NCBI GenBank assembly: GCA_977016875.1
Contig: CDRNST010000036.1
Span: forward strand, 2,604,001 to 2,668,000
DNA: 64,000 nucleotides
Reading direction: 5' to 3'
From: Pavona decussata
Lineage: Eukaryota
The notes beneath the pieces were generated by a model. That model was not told the DNA's origin and made no database searches. It saw only the letters and a program-made list of their open reading frames with translations. The position numbers and the translations under genes are program-made. Shown piece after piece: positions 1 through 12,231 of the stretch (positions within the stretch are counted from its first letter, which is position 1; each line of letters opens with the position of its first letter).

Positions 1-99
1 ATCAGTCAACTCCCTAGGGGATAGTTTTATTTTGTACGGTACATTGATCGTATGCTAGTCCATAACAGGTAGTCCCGGACTCCAATTCCATTTTTGTCA

Positions 100-249
100 A
101 TTGGCTGGCACAATTTATAGTCCCGGGTGGAGTGAGGCAAAGTGAGAGTCGACTAATTCGCCCAACTATACAACACCATAACCCTGGCCAACCCTCGAAC
201 CCGCACCGGTCTACTCAGACACCGACGTACTTACCATTGGGCTACTGCG
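100..249 (-). mobile_element. Degenerate tRNA-derived SINE-like repeat (in a transposase intron)
   Basis: The minus strand reads GCAGTAGCCCAATGGTAAG (A-box-like) and GGGTTCGAGGG (B-box-like). The body resembles an abundant cnidarian SINE (ccgggtggag.gaggca..gtgagagt...gcccaa..a.acaacac); recognised from memory. Confidence 0.5.
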
Positions 250-424
250 TTTTCCAAAGACATTTCCTTACATCCCAACTATGAGGCATTAGATAGTCAA
301 CTAGCCGCTTGAAATTGACCCACCGGTTTCAAAACATCTTATACTAGGCAACAAAGGAACACAGGTTGCTGCAGTTGTTGTTTTTACATTTTTGTTCAGC
401 TATTTCACAATAATCTATGTTTAG

Positions 425-1461
425 ATGGAGAATGGTGATACATGGTGGGATCGACGGTTACTCTCGCATTCCAGTCTATCTCCGTTGCTCTACCAATAAC
501 CGTGCTTCAACTGTCCTTTCCTGTTTCCGTGAAGCAGTTCAGCAGTACGGATTACCATCACGTGTACGCTCCGACAAAGGTGGGGAAAATGTAGACGTTT
601 CCCTCTATATGTTGACTCATCCCAGGCGTGGTCCTGGAAGGGGGAGTATGATCGCTGGAAGAAGTGTCCACAACCAAAGAATAGAGAGGCTATGCGCGAT
701 CTTTACCACCAAAAAATTGCAACTTTCTACCTACTATTCCATCATATGGAAGACAACATAATTTTGGACATTAGCAACGAAATGCACATGGTTTCCTTCC
801 ATTACGTCTTTGTCCCCCGTGTTAACGCGCAACTGGATGACTTTACTAAAGGATGGATCTCCCACGGAATTTCAACTGCCAACAATAGAACCCCAAGGCA
901 GTTATGGATTATGGGAATGCAAGGAACTGCAGCATCTGGTACCACTGTGTCTGATGAAATGTTTGGGGTAAGAAATAATATATTCAGTACGTGCTTTAAA
1001 AAAAAATGTCATCAATGTTCAAAGTAATCCACTATCTTGACCAGCAGAGCATAAGGTGAACCAGACAATGGGAGGTGCAGGAAACCATCACGTTTGAACT
1101 TGTTTTTCTTTTTTTCTTGTTTTAAACCTATTCGATGCTCGAAAGCGACTTAATCGTTTCCTTGATCTCTGTATCAGTATGTAATGAGGGTAATTTGCTT
1201 CGTCTGTTTTCTTTACTATTTGGACAGGAAAATTGCGAAGACTATGGTATCAATTGGGAAGGACCTCTACCAGACGAAGAATACGATGGACCACTCTCTT
1301 CGAATGATGACCTTGTCGAGGTTCTGGCCATGTTTTCTTTACCCCGAGAGAAGTTAGAGTTGCTGAAGGAAGCAATTGACCCGCTTCAGCAAAGTGACAG
1401 TTACGGCATTGATATCTACTTAAAAACCGTAGCATTTGTAGAAAGATTTATGCATGATTAG
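425..1461 (+). pseudogene. IS3EU/integrase-core DDE transposase, 3' exons (425-967, 1228-1461); frameshift at ~695
   Basis: Motifs [33 protein letters not shown](W)RDLY, with a 1-nt loss in the W codon joining ORFs 417-761 and 692-1027. Acceptor ttag at 424, donor gtaaga at 968, acceptor cag at 1227; phase 0 is consistent. C-terminal DYGINWEGP..IDPL..SDSYGIDIY. Confidence 0.85.
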
Positions 1462-4400
1462 AACAATTGGTTATTTATCAGTTCTATTTTTGATGCCTAG
1501 GAAGGGGGCGCAAGTTAGACAGTTATTCCCTGCAGAATAATTGTGAGCATGAAAACTTCAATTAAAAATTCTCGTTTGCAATTGATTTTCTGTGTGCCTG
1601 TTTATTGGGTTATTGCAGTGCGTTAACACCGGGTGTCCAATATAACTGTTTGAAATTGGACAACTGTTATATTGGGCACCAATCCCACAAACGCGTCAAT
1701 TATGCGCACCTGAATTGGTTCCTTCAAGCTCTCCATATATGACAGGCTTGTCACTAAAAACACAAACGTTCTCATGCGATATTCTGAGGGTGAAAGTTGT
1801 TACTGATACAATGTACCACTAGTTATCATATTATTGCACTTCGTGTTATACAATTCAGGCAGTTCTTGTGCTATGTTTTAATTGGCTTCAAAGGAATTTG
1901 ATATTTCTCATCCAATCACTGGCTAAATTACACTCCAAGCTGGCCAATTACTACTATTAGCAGCCGAAGTCTTGCATAATTAGGAGTACAAAAAGAACCT
2001 TTTTATGGTTGCACAACACTCCAAGTTAAGAGCACAACGTGTTATATTTAGCAGGTGCCCCATTATCCTTAGCTTATGAATGAGAACTATATATTCTATA
2101 CGTTGGGCAAAATCGCATGTACAAAATAATACCTTACAATTTAAGAGCATAGAAATATCAGCATGCAAGAGCCTGAACATTGTTATAACTCAACAACTCT
2201 AACCTGGATGACTTTTTACAATGCCTGCATCACCTACCTAGTTTTGACATCTCTGAAATGCGTAGATGAGTATTTGAGAAAAGTTAAACCTTTTTTCCTG
2301 ACATTTAAAAACCAATAAAACTCACCTGAACCGACTGAGTAAGTTCTTGGAAGTGATGTCTCAAGTGGGAAAGACTAACGGCCAATTTTTTCGGGTCAAA
2401 AAGTCTTGAAATCAACTTCAGAAAGGTAGTCAATTCCACAAAAAAAGATAAGGTTAGGTAAGTGATACAGACACTTTAGAAAGTACAATAACCCTGAATA
2501 ACTTTGCAACTAATATGAAAGGACAAAAACGGAACAGTGAATGTAGAAGACATTGCGTAATCAATCCGACACGTTCACTATAAGGAAAGAGGAACTTGAT
2601 TGAATTACGATGACAAAATACATTGGGCATTACATGCTAGGCAATTATGGCAATCCGAAATATGCATTGCTAAATGCATAATCATAAAAATTGTGAAGAA
2701 CTTGCTCTGATGGCAAAGGAATGTTTAGTGAGCCCCGCGGTAACTTGAGACAGTTGATGCACGTGTTGGCTGATGGCAAAAAGCTGGTTTTCACCGGATG
2801 AACAAAGATGATACTGGGAGGAATCTTATACCCCAAAATCGGTTCTTCATCACCTCCAGTGGTGAACTGTAAGATGTGCTGTAAAGTTAGATTTCCCCTC
2901 CTTCCACCTGGAAAAGCAAATTGAGTAGTGTTTAGACAAATATACTTATTTACAGTTGAGTTCTCCCTGTTAAGGTAAAAAATAAAACAAATACATGCAT
3001 TCAACCTCTGTAGCGTTTTCCCTGAGAACCTTAAAATTGTGACAAACTTACGATACAGAAACGTCAAATTTGCAGTGAAACATAGGGGAAGAAACCCTTT
3101 TCCACAATTTACACAAATAAAAATGGCCTTACACATGCAAATAATTTACACTGAGTAATACTAGCAACATCATTCGTATTACCCTGATTACTCACAGTGC
3201 GGTTATCACTGTTAAATAAATAATACATAGACCTCTCCAATACACTGAATAAGAGCAACGGTTAAAGTTCTGACATTTGTATCTGATCAGTGACCTGAAT
3301 GCTCAAAACTTATAAAATACCAGGGAGTAACACTACAACAGTTCGTAATTAAGACCCTCCATACATTTTACAAGATTTTCACCTTTTAAAAAATAGAAAA
3401 AAGCTCACGTGCTTGCTACTTGTCGAAGGTACTTGATAAAAGAGTGGTATGTTGCACCTTCGTATTGTCTGTCATTTGAGCCATCCTCACTAAAAGCAGG
3501 TTTTAGGAGTGATTGAATTTGCTTTATTGTCAATAAGGTTGTTCCCTTTCTGAATAGGTGGATGAACAAAGGTATTTCCTGGGTAATCTAGGTAGAGAAA
3601 AAAAGTTATGACAGTTATGACACTTCTTTGAATGTATAAGGTAGAATTACATCAGTGCCAGAGGTTCCAAGTAAAAGAACTGACCAGTAGAGAAAGTTTA
3701 TTAAGAAATGCCATCACATGTAAATGTGCTAAATCTGAGCTATCCTTCTTAGCCCTTTTAAATATCAAGTACAAAATAAATGCCCTTTTTTACCCCTCTT
3801 GTTAAAACTTCCTGGGTCCACTCCTGAGTACCTTATGCTAGGTCAAAAATAGGCAGAAACTAGCCTGCAGGCAGCTACAGTTATTGAGTTGACGTTATTG
3901 CCAAGTAACTTGTTGGCAGAGGTGTAAATCACAATGGAGCCAGCAAGAATTGCTGCTCCATCACCAAGAAACTTGCACAAATAACCCTAAGTAAGTGAGC
4001 CTGCTTGTGTATTATATAGAAACAAACCTGGTAAATTCCCAGTTCATCCAGATCACTTCGCAATGCAAGCATACATGGGGATGGATTCTTGTTTTCAAAG
4101 ATTTCATCTAAATGGCATTCTTCCAAAAATCTGGGAAGTTTCCCATTTTGTAGCATACTTAGTGCTTAAAAAAAAAAGAAATATATAATATATCTATAGC
4201 ATATCTAACATAATGTCTGTTTAGTAAAACCTAGAAAACTAAGTTAACAAAGCTTAAGCAAGTACAACAAAACAAATTAGTTTTAGTTGACGTTATAATG
4301 TTAAGAGCGGCGGTCAGGAAAAATCGAGCAAAATCTGAATTTTCTGGCGAAACTTAGCAGAGTCGATTTCTTTCATCTTTTGTCCATAATAAGGTTTTAC

Positions 4401-5221
4401 TAAAGTAAGAATCATGGTGTGGCTTAAATTGGCCAGAAACATTTGCGTTTTGAGAAAATCAGGAAAATCGATCGAAGCCTTGCGAACTGAAAAATGATTG
4501 AATTTAAAACCGGAAAATCGCCACTTTTAATTGTCTCTGCGTTTGTTCTAGAAGAAGCGTGCGAAAATCTGGATTTCTTGTATCGAAAGACAATCTCTTT
4601 CTGATATGATAACTGATGAATTTGTGTTTGTTATGATATCTGGCAAATTTAAACAATTTAAAACCAGCGGCATATTTTTACAGCTGGTTTACTCTGCAAT
4701 GTAGTGCCAAAGGTCAAGCACACATTTCAGTATGTGGTATAACTCGAAATATTCTCACACTTTGGCTTTCAGTAACAATTGCCTTGATGTACTTCATACC
4801 TAAATATCAGGCTGGGTTCTCCATTGAGATTTTCACAAAAGGTCGTTAAAGTTGGCTTATTTCGACCACGACATCGTTTGGCGGCCAAATGACTGCCAGT
4901 GAAAACAAACCGACGCGACGGGCAAACTGCTAATTACAGCTTCAAGGCCTTCAATAATGCTCCTATCTTGCTTGATCAGAAAGATTTCTGTTTTCCCCTA
5001 GCTTCCTTTTAACCATTATCGACGGGAAGAGAAGAAATCGAAAAGATTCAGACATGTCTAACAATGTTGCGTGACAGCAAATATGCAAATTAGTTAGATC
5101 GTCACTGAGATATGGCAGTAGGGGCGGGGGCGTGAAGAATTGCTTTAACAGGCCCGTAGTCAGGCTAAAACAACTGAGATGGGGAAAGCAATTTGGAAAC
5201 ATCAAAAAAGGGGCAGATATA

Positions 5222-5548
5222 GTAAGCAAAACAATAACTTTGCACTTGCATCACACTTTTTGGTACATTAAATTTCTTTTCGACCCTTTGCCGTCACTGT
5301 ACGGACTACCACGTGAAATTGCCAAACTTGTTCACGTTTAAAGGAGGACGTAAAAAGACGACGACAAATTTCCCTTTCTCTTTTTCCAGTGAACTTGGAA
5401 TCAGGCAGTAAGAATCCGTCCGCAGGAAGATTTGCCTGAAATAAAAAAAGAAAATGGAATTATCGCGATGAAGTTTAAAAGAACGCGAATTCTCTTTATG
5501 TTTTCGAATTCGCTACCATCACCGTCATGTTATCTTTAACTCCCTACT
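5222..5548. repeat. Partial copy of an abundant coral MITE-like dispersed repeat
   Basis: agcaaaacaa.aactttgcac.tgcatcac.ctttt..gtacat...ttgccgtcactg.acg.acta..acgtgaaa...aactccctact matches, from memory, a common scleractinian repeat. Confidence 0.45.
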
Positions 5549-6700
5549 AACAAACACAAATCGGTCATGAGGATTTTGGTTCTTATTTCCGATTCACAAG
5601 GAAGGACAACCTTTGCTGCTGTTGTATAAAAGCCAAATGTTAGCGGAGGAAACTGTCAGGTACATAATAAACAATTTATTAAGGGTTGTGAAAAGGCACT
5701 TGCAGCGTCAGAATTCCAGATTGATTGTTGTACATTATGACTGTTTTTTAATTATTTATTTTTTGACACATTGTTTTTTTACGCTTCTTAAAATTCTGGG
5801 GGGGGGGGGGGGTCGGGGCTTGAGTCCCCCCCCCTGCCCCTCCCCTTGTTACGGACGCGTTTAACAGTATGGCTTTATATACCAGCTGCTTATCTGGAAA
5901 AATGAACTCTTTGTGACAACTTTTGCGCAAATGACTAGTACCCGTAGTTCTTTATTGGATTTTCTTTTTCGTAGCGACCAGCAACAAAAACCGTCAATGC
6001 GAAAGATACACCAGAGGAACAGACTTAAAAACCTACAATCACTGATTGAAGTGTAGAGAGCGAAATTTTACTTCTTCCTAAGATAGAGGGGGAAGGGGGG
6101 TGGGGGTGGCTTAATTAAATACGTAACCTTATTTCTTTTAATTTCAGCCTCTTCATTTCACTTAGACCGTCATAAGCTGCTTCCCTTGTTCTAAAGATTA
6201 AAGGAAGGTGCATGCAGACCTAAAAATCGTAGCATTAGGGCGTGGCGAAGACACAAACTTCACACTTTTAAGAGCTGGGACCAGGCTTCTTTTCCTTCAA
6301 TTGAAAAGTTTTCAATACTTTCCTTTAATAGGGATAATAAGTCTTTAGCATGGGCGTTACACAAGCCTGAAAAGCTGTAACTATGATGTCTTACTGTCCT
6401 CAAGAGAAGGACCTTTTTACGAGGTAGTGAACAAAAAGTTGTCCACCACAGTCAGTAGCACTAGGACTAGGGTTCCAAGCACAGAAAAATAAAAATAATA
6501 AATAAATAAATAAATAACACTGAAAACTTCACGTTTATTCTAATTAACGGCTTTCTCCGCATCTGATGAACTGAAAATACATCTGAATACTAATATTTTG
6601 TACTGGAAAAGACCGAATGTGCAAAAAAGTAAAGTGTTACATCAGACGTTTTTACAGTTTATTATACATAAAAGGTAATGGAAATTATGTAAACGCATAC

Positions 6701-7077
6701 CTGAACCAACTGGGATAAACAGTCCTAGTTTCTTCCATAGCAAATGGCACGAATTTTTTCCAAGTCCTCGTTCTAGTTTTGCGACTTTTTGCGCCTGGCT
6801 GTCATGGCTTGATACCGGCGGAGAAATTTGACACTTATTTGAACTGACCTCGACGCCAGCCAATGCTCAGAGACGAACGGTGTCGAAGACAAATCGTCAA
6901 TTCCGAAAGGTGAAGGAGATAAACATTCGTGGTGAAGGAGATAAACATTCTTGTCAGAGTAAGTTCAATTTCGGTTTCTACATCGGCTATTGACAAGGAA
7001 GACTTGTGACCGGCGATGTTCCTTTTGCACTAGTTTACTTCAGTTGATCTGCTCCTGTCTCTGGGGTCGTAAGAGCA
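6701..7077 (-). pseudogene. Remnant of the Sola3-type transposase N-terminal exon
   Basis: Broken frames read CSYDPRDRSRSTEV..CKRNIAGHKSSLSIADVETEIELTLTR, LTICLRHRSSLSIGWRRG and KCQISPPVSSH..LFIPVGS, followed by a GT donor. A related EVELILARA motif occurs in element B. Confidence 0.5.
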
Positions 7078-10000
7078 AGGACCTCCAACCAAGGAGCTAA
7101 AAGACCACCTCCATGCTTCCATGACAGCACAAGAATATCAAACCAAATTTAAAGAGACAAATTTTCCAGTTTCCGTAATTGAATTTATCTTACATTTAAT
7201 TTACTAATTCAATTTACTTTGGTAAACACCAATGCGTGATATTATTAATATTCACTGATTATTGGTGATTTCGGAATTTGTAAAACGCAGCCCTAACTAT
7301 TTAGCGAATTAAAAACAGAATAGGAAAGTTTGACTGGTCTCCAATTTTTATTTCAGCGAGCATTTTACCATAGTCATAGGGGAGAACTTCAACACCACAG
7401 ATTTCCCTTTGATGCGGTTTCATTGGCAATCTGACACCTGAGCGAACTCAAGAAATGGACATCGAGACGCTTACTGCTCCTTACTAGATATGGTTTTATA
7501 AGCAAAAATCTCACAACGCAAATGAGAAAAATCGGTTCCCAGACCGGACTTTTCCTTATTGTAATTAAAGATTAAAAGAAATTTGTTTTCATTATGCTTT
7601 TTTGGTATATGTAAAATGAGTCTTTTTATTGTCACGGTAACGCAACAACGGTTGTTTATTTAGCCGTTGTCGGAATTTTAAACGAATTATGGTGACTTCA
7701 AAACGGTCGTGTGAAGTGCTTAATTCAAAACCCAGGCTGATTTTAATACATTATCAAGAACAACGTTACATTACTTAAAAGGCAAAGTTTAAGAAAAATC
7801 GGCCTTATACCACATAGCAAAAACTATCTTTAAAATTTATCGGTTTTTGCGGGATTTTTCCTGTTTAGAAAAGGGACATTTTCCTAAGGTCTGTTTGCTT
7901 TTATTAATAATGGTTAAGTCTAGTTCAAACTTTGCTATAAACGTGCGGTGCTTCCTCTGTCAATACCGAGTATAAAAATACCATGGATCTTCTTTCCTTC
8001 CAGATGAAGAGTCAGTTCAGAATATTAATTTCACACCGCCGTGCGGGTACTTTCGGGATCCTCGCGGGTCAAATTTGTTTATCTCAGTTTTCTAGAACGT
8101 TAAGCGCTCCTAGAGAAAACTGAAGGCGGCAAATTTGTTCTCTACTTAAAGGCTTTTTGTAGCCAGAAAATGAGCGAAATTGATTTCTCGAGTTCTGCCA
8201 CCAAATGCTTGATATTTTCTGACCGCCGCTCTTAATACATATACTGCATGGGTTAGAACAGGTAGGTAACGTGAGAACATTCCAAATTACTAAGGAGAAT
8301 ATACACAACAGGGCTGTAAGCACATTTTGATTAAACTCTTGGTGTTATCTTACCCATAACAAACTTATTGCTTTTGTGTAAATTATACCAAGAACAGGTA
8401 ACTTCACCTATATCATTGTGGTCCCCTCAATAATGCTAGAGCAGTTGTTTCTAATTCAAGACAATCAGACAAACAATCACGCATTGCCCTTTCTGTTGTT
8501 AACATCATTACAAACACTGCCAAAGTTTTAAAGGGAAGGGGTTGGAACTTGATGCAATTTTTAAAACTTGTATCACACACACCCTGTAACATCTTGCTGT
8601 TCAGGACCCAAGAACCATGTTGATGTATTATAAGTTGGCATAAATCCTGTTTATGGAAAGTAAAAGGAAATGGGAAGAACACAAAAATGAAAACAAGACA
8701 ATTAGGGAATAGAGCAGAGAAATTGTGAAAGAAATTGACTCACCCATGATCACTCCAATTGTGTGATATTTGTCTTTCATTTCTTCTTTTATGCCATTGT
8801 CAAAATACTCTTCTTTGATTTCTCGAAGCATGAGGAGGAAAACTTCCCTTCTCGGGCCTCCATAATCTTCTGCTGACTGAAAAAATTACAGTTATGATAA
8901 ATATATGTTTGAGGTGTTATTTAGTTATTAACTGGTCACCATACCAAAAATTGTCATGACATGAAATTACAATTGTTGGATAGTTTAACCCAAAATTTGG
9001 TATCATGATTCTAATTCCTCATTTATTGCCCCCCCTCCCCCCCCCCCCCCCCCCCCGTTGTCTGTCTCCTGCAGTAAGGTCATGACCAGAATTCACACAG
9101 ACAGCTGTACACAAGCAACATGAGAAGGCTAAAAGAGTATGATATAAGAGTTCAAATGGCTGTGAAAAAAAATCACATTTTGCTTTATTGTCAATTTAAT
9201 TTTTCTAACAGGTCTTTGTGCAATGTTTACATTCAGGAAAAAAAATGATAAAAAAGTAGGTTATGGACACTTTTACAGTTACCTCATTGTAAAACTGCAC
9301 TTCTAGAGTTATCTGTTTGTTATCCAGTGCCTCTATCTCATCAAATCCAGTCTCCAACAGGTTAGAACGATCAACAAATATTTGGTTGGTCAACCCCTCA
9401 GTAGGTAAAGTTTCATCCTCAATTTCAAGAGGCCTTCCCTGCACCAGTTGACTCTGGAAGTAACGCAGCACTTCAACCGGATTATTGTCCAATCCAGTAT
9501 CTTTACAGTGATGTCTGGCTTCTTTCACAATGGTTTCTACTGTTTTTCCTGTTTAACAACGGCACCAAAAAACTAATTAGTGTAAAGTTATTAAACTAAA
9601 GTGCATTATCTGATAGCAAAGAAATAGCGACATCCCATAGCAAAGACATAGTGACAAAACAAAATGCCTTAAGACTCCATGATGCCTTAAGAAAAGCCAA
9701 TGATGATGGTTTTGCTATTTCAGCTGATGAAACCATTGTGAGAAATTCTTTCACTGTTATTAGATACCTGATTGTTTTATATAAATTTGTGTGATGTAAT
9801 GGGATGTCTTAACATCAATACTCTTCTGAAAGCATAATAAGTTTTAACAAAAACAAACACACAAACAGGAGACCACTGAGCTTCAAAGCCACAGTTGGTA
9901 GTTGGGTTTAAAGAGACAATGAGGCTTTTTCAAGTGAGGTGTAAAAGTATATATCAAACAAACAATGGTCTCCCAGTGTAGGATGCCTTCACTTCCAATC

Positions 10001-10578
10001 TAAAAAACAACAGTCATCATAAAAATTATATTCCTTCAAATACTTTAAAGAAACTGAGGAAATACGATTACAATTATTGTAATATTATTGTAACATTACA
10101 GTCACTGTGACTTTAATGGTATTTCTGATACCTGAATAAGATGTTTCACCTTGACTATGATCAAGTTGAACACCGGTGGATGGACTTGTTTCAGCACTGG
10201 TAATCACAGGAACATTTGTGTCTGTGTTGGGGACAGTGGCAGTTTCACTTGAAACAGGCATATCAGACTGAGAATTTACCATTATGCCATCAGACATAAC
10301 TTGGGGCCCACTTTCCAAAGTGGGGCTTTGGATAACAACACTTCTGGGTGGACTTGAACCAGAATTTGTGCTGGTCATTGCATCTACATTGGTCATGGAA
10401 TCTGTGCCATTCAAAAGTGGTAAATTGGCAGACAAAGAATCATCAGGTCCATCATCCAGCAAAGTGCTTCGTGTTTGGATACTAATACTGCTGCTGTTTC
10501 CACTGCCTGTCAAAGGCCCAATTGTATTAGGGGTGCTGGTGTTTGTTCCACCCAAGCCTGTTGTGGGAAACACTGAAT

Positions 10579-10610
10579 TAGGTAGGTAGGTAGGTAGGTA
10601 GGTAGGTAGG
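10579..10610. repeat. (TAGG)8 microsatellite
   Basis: Read directly from the sequence. Confidence 0.95.
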
Positions 10611-11275
10611 CGAGATATACAATAGCATTATTATTTTATTAAAAGAGATTAAGAGATAAATTTTCAATTGCTAAACAGAGACCTGCATTTCTTAAGGTGC
10701 TCAGGCAGCTCTGCTAGTGTAAACACTGCTCAATCAAGTCATCTTCCTGAAATGAAATAAACAAAGCATATCTTTTTAAATGTACAATATCAAAATTAAT
10801 GATGCCATTTTGGAACTATTTTACACTTTAAAAGACAATCAAAATTTCATATTAAGGATATATCATTGTTCTAAAAGATTGTCACCACTGCACTGAAGGT
10901 AAATTGTTACACTCTTCAAACTTGAAGTACCACAACTGCACAATTCAAGAAATATAACAATTATCGATGTTGTTCTTCAAAAAACAGATAAAAGTTAATC
11001 AATCTCATGTTTACAAACCAATATGGTGACAAAAGAGAATCTCAAGAGAACATGAAAAAGTGAAAACTGTTGAAATATGAACACCGAAGAACACTTTTAC
11101 AGCCATTTCAGGTTCTCAAATATAGGACATGCATGAATTTCAAAAGTAAATTTACAGCACTAAGAAAACAAGCTTTTTGCAAATGGCCAGGGTGTAGCTC
11201 ACATGCTATAAGCTTAAGTTATGGGAATAGAAAAATAATAATAATCATCATCAACTTCGTTATCATCATATAAAT

Positions 11276-11279
11276 AATA

Positions 11280-11310
<31 letters not shown>

Positions 11311-11312
11311 TG
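11276..11312. repeat. (AAT)n microsatellite
   Basis: Read directly from the sequence. Confidence 0.9.
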
Positions 11313-12231
11313 ATAATATATTTTTTTTATAAAAATAGAAAAAATCTCTTTATTAAAATATTCCAAGTAAAATGTTATTTACAGGTTAAAAGTAGCTATT
11401 AAAACTTATTTACAATTCTCTTCAATAAAATAATAATAATAAAAATTAAAAAATGGAGAGAAATGCTTCTATTACCTCATCTTCATCTGGGCGCCCTTCT
11501 TGTGTAAGTTCAAGATCCCTTTGCAGTGGCCTTACAAGAATCTTCCCTTGCCCAACTAACTCTTTCAATCTTGATACATGATAAGGCGGATTCAGTGGCT
11601 GCAACATTGGGGTGTGACCACCCCTGAGAAGACTGTACCCTCTGGCTTGCTCTAGCTTTGGGTACGCCAATCTCAGTTTTTGGTCAAAAACGTGGCAGTC
11701 GTCGTCAGCGAAAAAAGTAAGACGCTTCTCGCCCAATAAAGCCCCTTTGAGCACAATGTTCTCTTTAACAGATAACATTCTTTCAACGTCTGTCTGTGCT
11801 AAGCAAACAAATGTTCTCGTCCAAGTCGGACGATTCTTGTTTTTCTTGGTCCCAAACCTAGAATGATCCCCATCTTTCTTCCGTTTGGAAGATGCTGGAT
11901 TGAATCCAAACAACCTATGGTGTTACTCGAAACCCACTGGATTCGGATTCAACACGGAAACTCTCTGTGATCTCTGTGCCAAGTTCTGAGGTGTTCCACC
12001 GCCGGGACCACCGGTCGGATTGGTTCTCTCCGAGACCGCTCTCTGCTGATCGGAACGGGGATTGGAGTCATGCGAAGATGTTGCGGATTCCTGTATTCTT
12101 TCATACAGTTTCGTAACTTCATTAAGCAATTCCGTGCACCTCTCCAAAGACATAGCTACTCGACTCGACGAGAAAATGGCCGACGTTTGCGCGACAACTT
12201 TGTCACTTCGCAAATTATGCTGGAGCGATCA

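Larger units (their letters stand above)
4305..8231. mobile_element. Sola3-like non-autonomous DNA transposon A, inserted in a HECT intron
   Basis: TTAA on both sides (4301-4304, 8232-8235) and TIR GAGCGGCGGTCAG. GAG..CTC ends with a TTAA TSD are the Sola3 hallmark. Confidence 0.75.
2645..12153 (-). pseudogene. Transposon-borne HECT E3 ubiquitin ligase (G2E3-like); exons ~12153-11476, 10746-10683?, 10572-10132, 9548-9283, 8876-8744, 4164-4028, 3587-3413, 2907-2645
   Basis: The spliced frame gives LEVQFYNE|SAEDYGGPRREVF (HECT N-lobe), LLKPAFSEDGSN, and ILQFTTGGDEEPILG..LPSANTCINCLKLP..YFGLP* (C-lobe, catalytic Cys, terminal Phe). Splice phases are mutually consistent. In-frame TAA at 11923-11925 and a stop in the small 10.7-kb exon. 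Confidence 0.85.

Noticed and set aside
5149-5861. Possible hAT-like MITE (CAGGCCCGTAG..TTACGGACGCG)
   Set aside because: The ends are too degenerate and no TSD was found.
6909-6950. 20-bp direct repeat GGTGAAGGAGATAAACATTC with a Shine-Dalgarno-like AAGGAG
   Set aside because: A local duplication inside a decayed eukaryotic exon; no prokaryotic gene context.
8300-8700. ORF 8413-8682 as an extra HECT exon
   Set aside because: No HECT motif, and the flanking exons (8744 and 4164) already join in phase.
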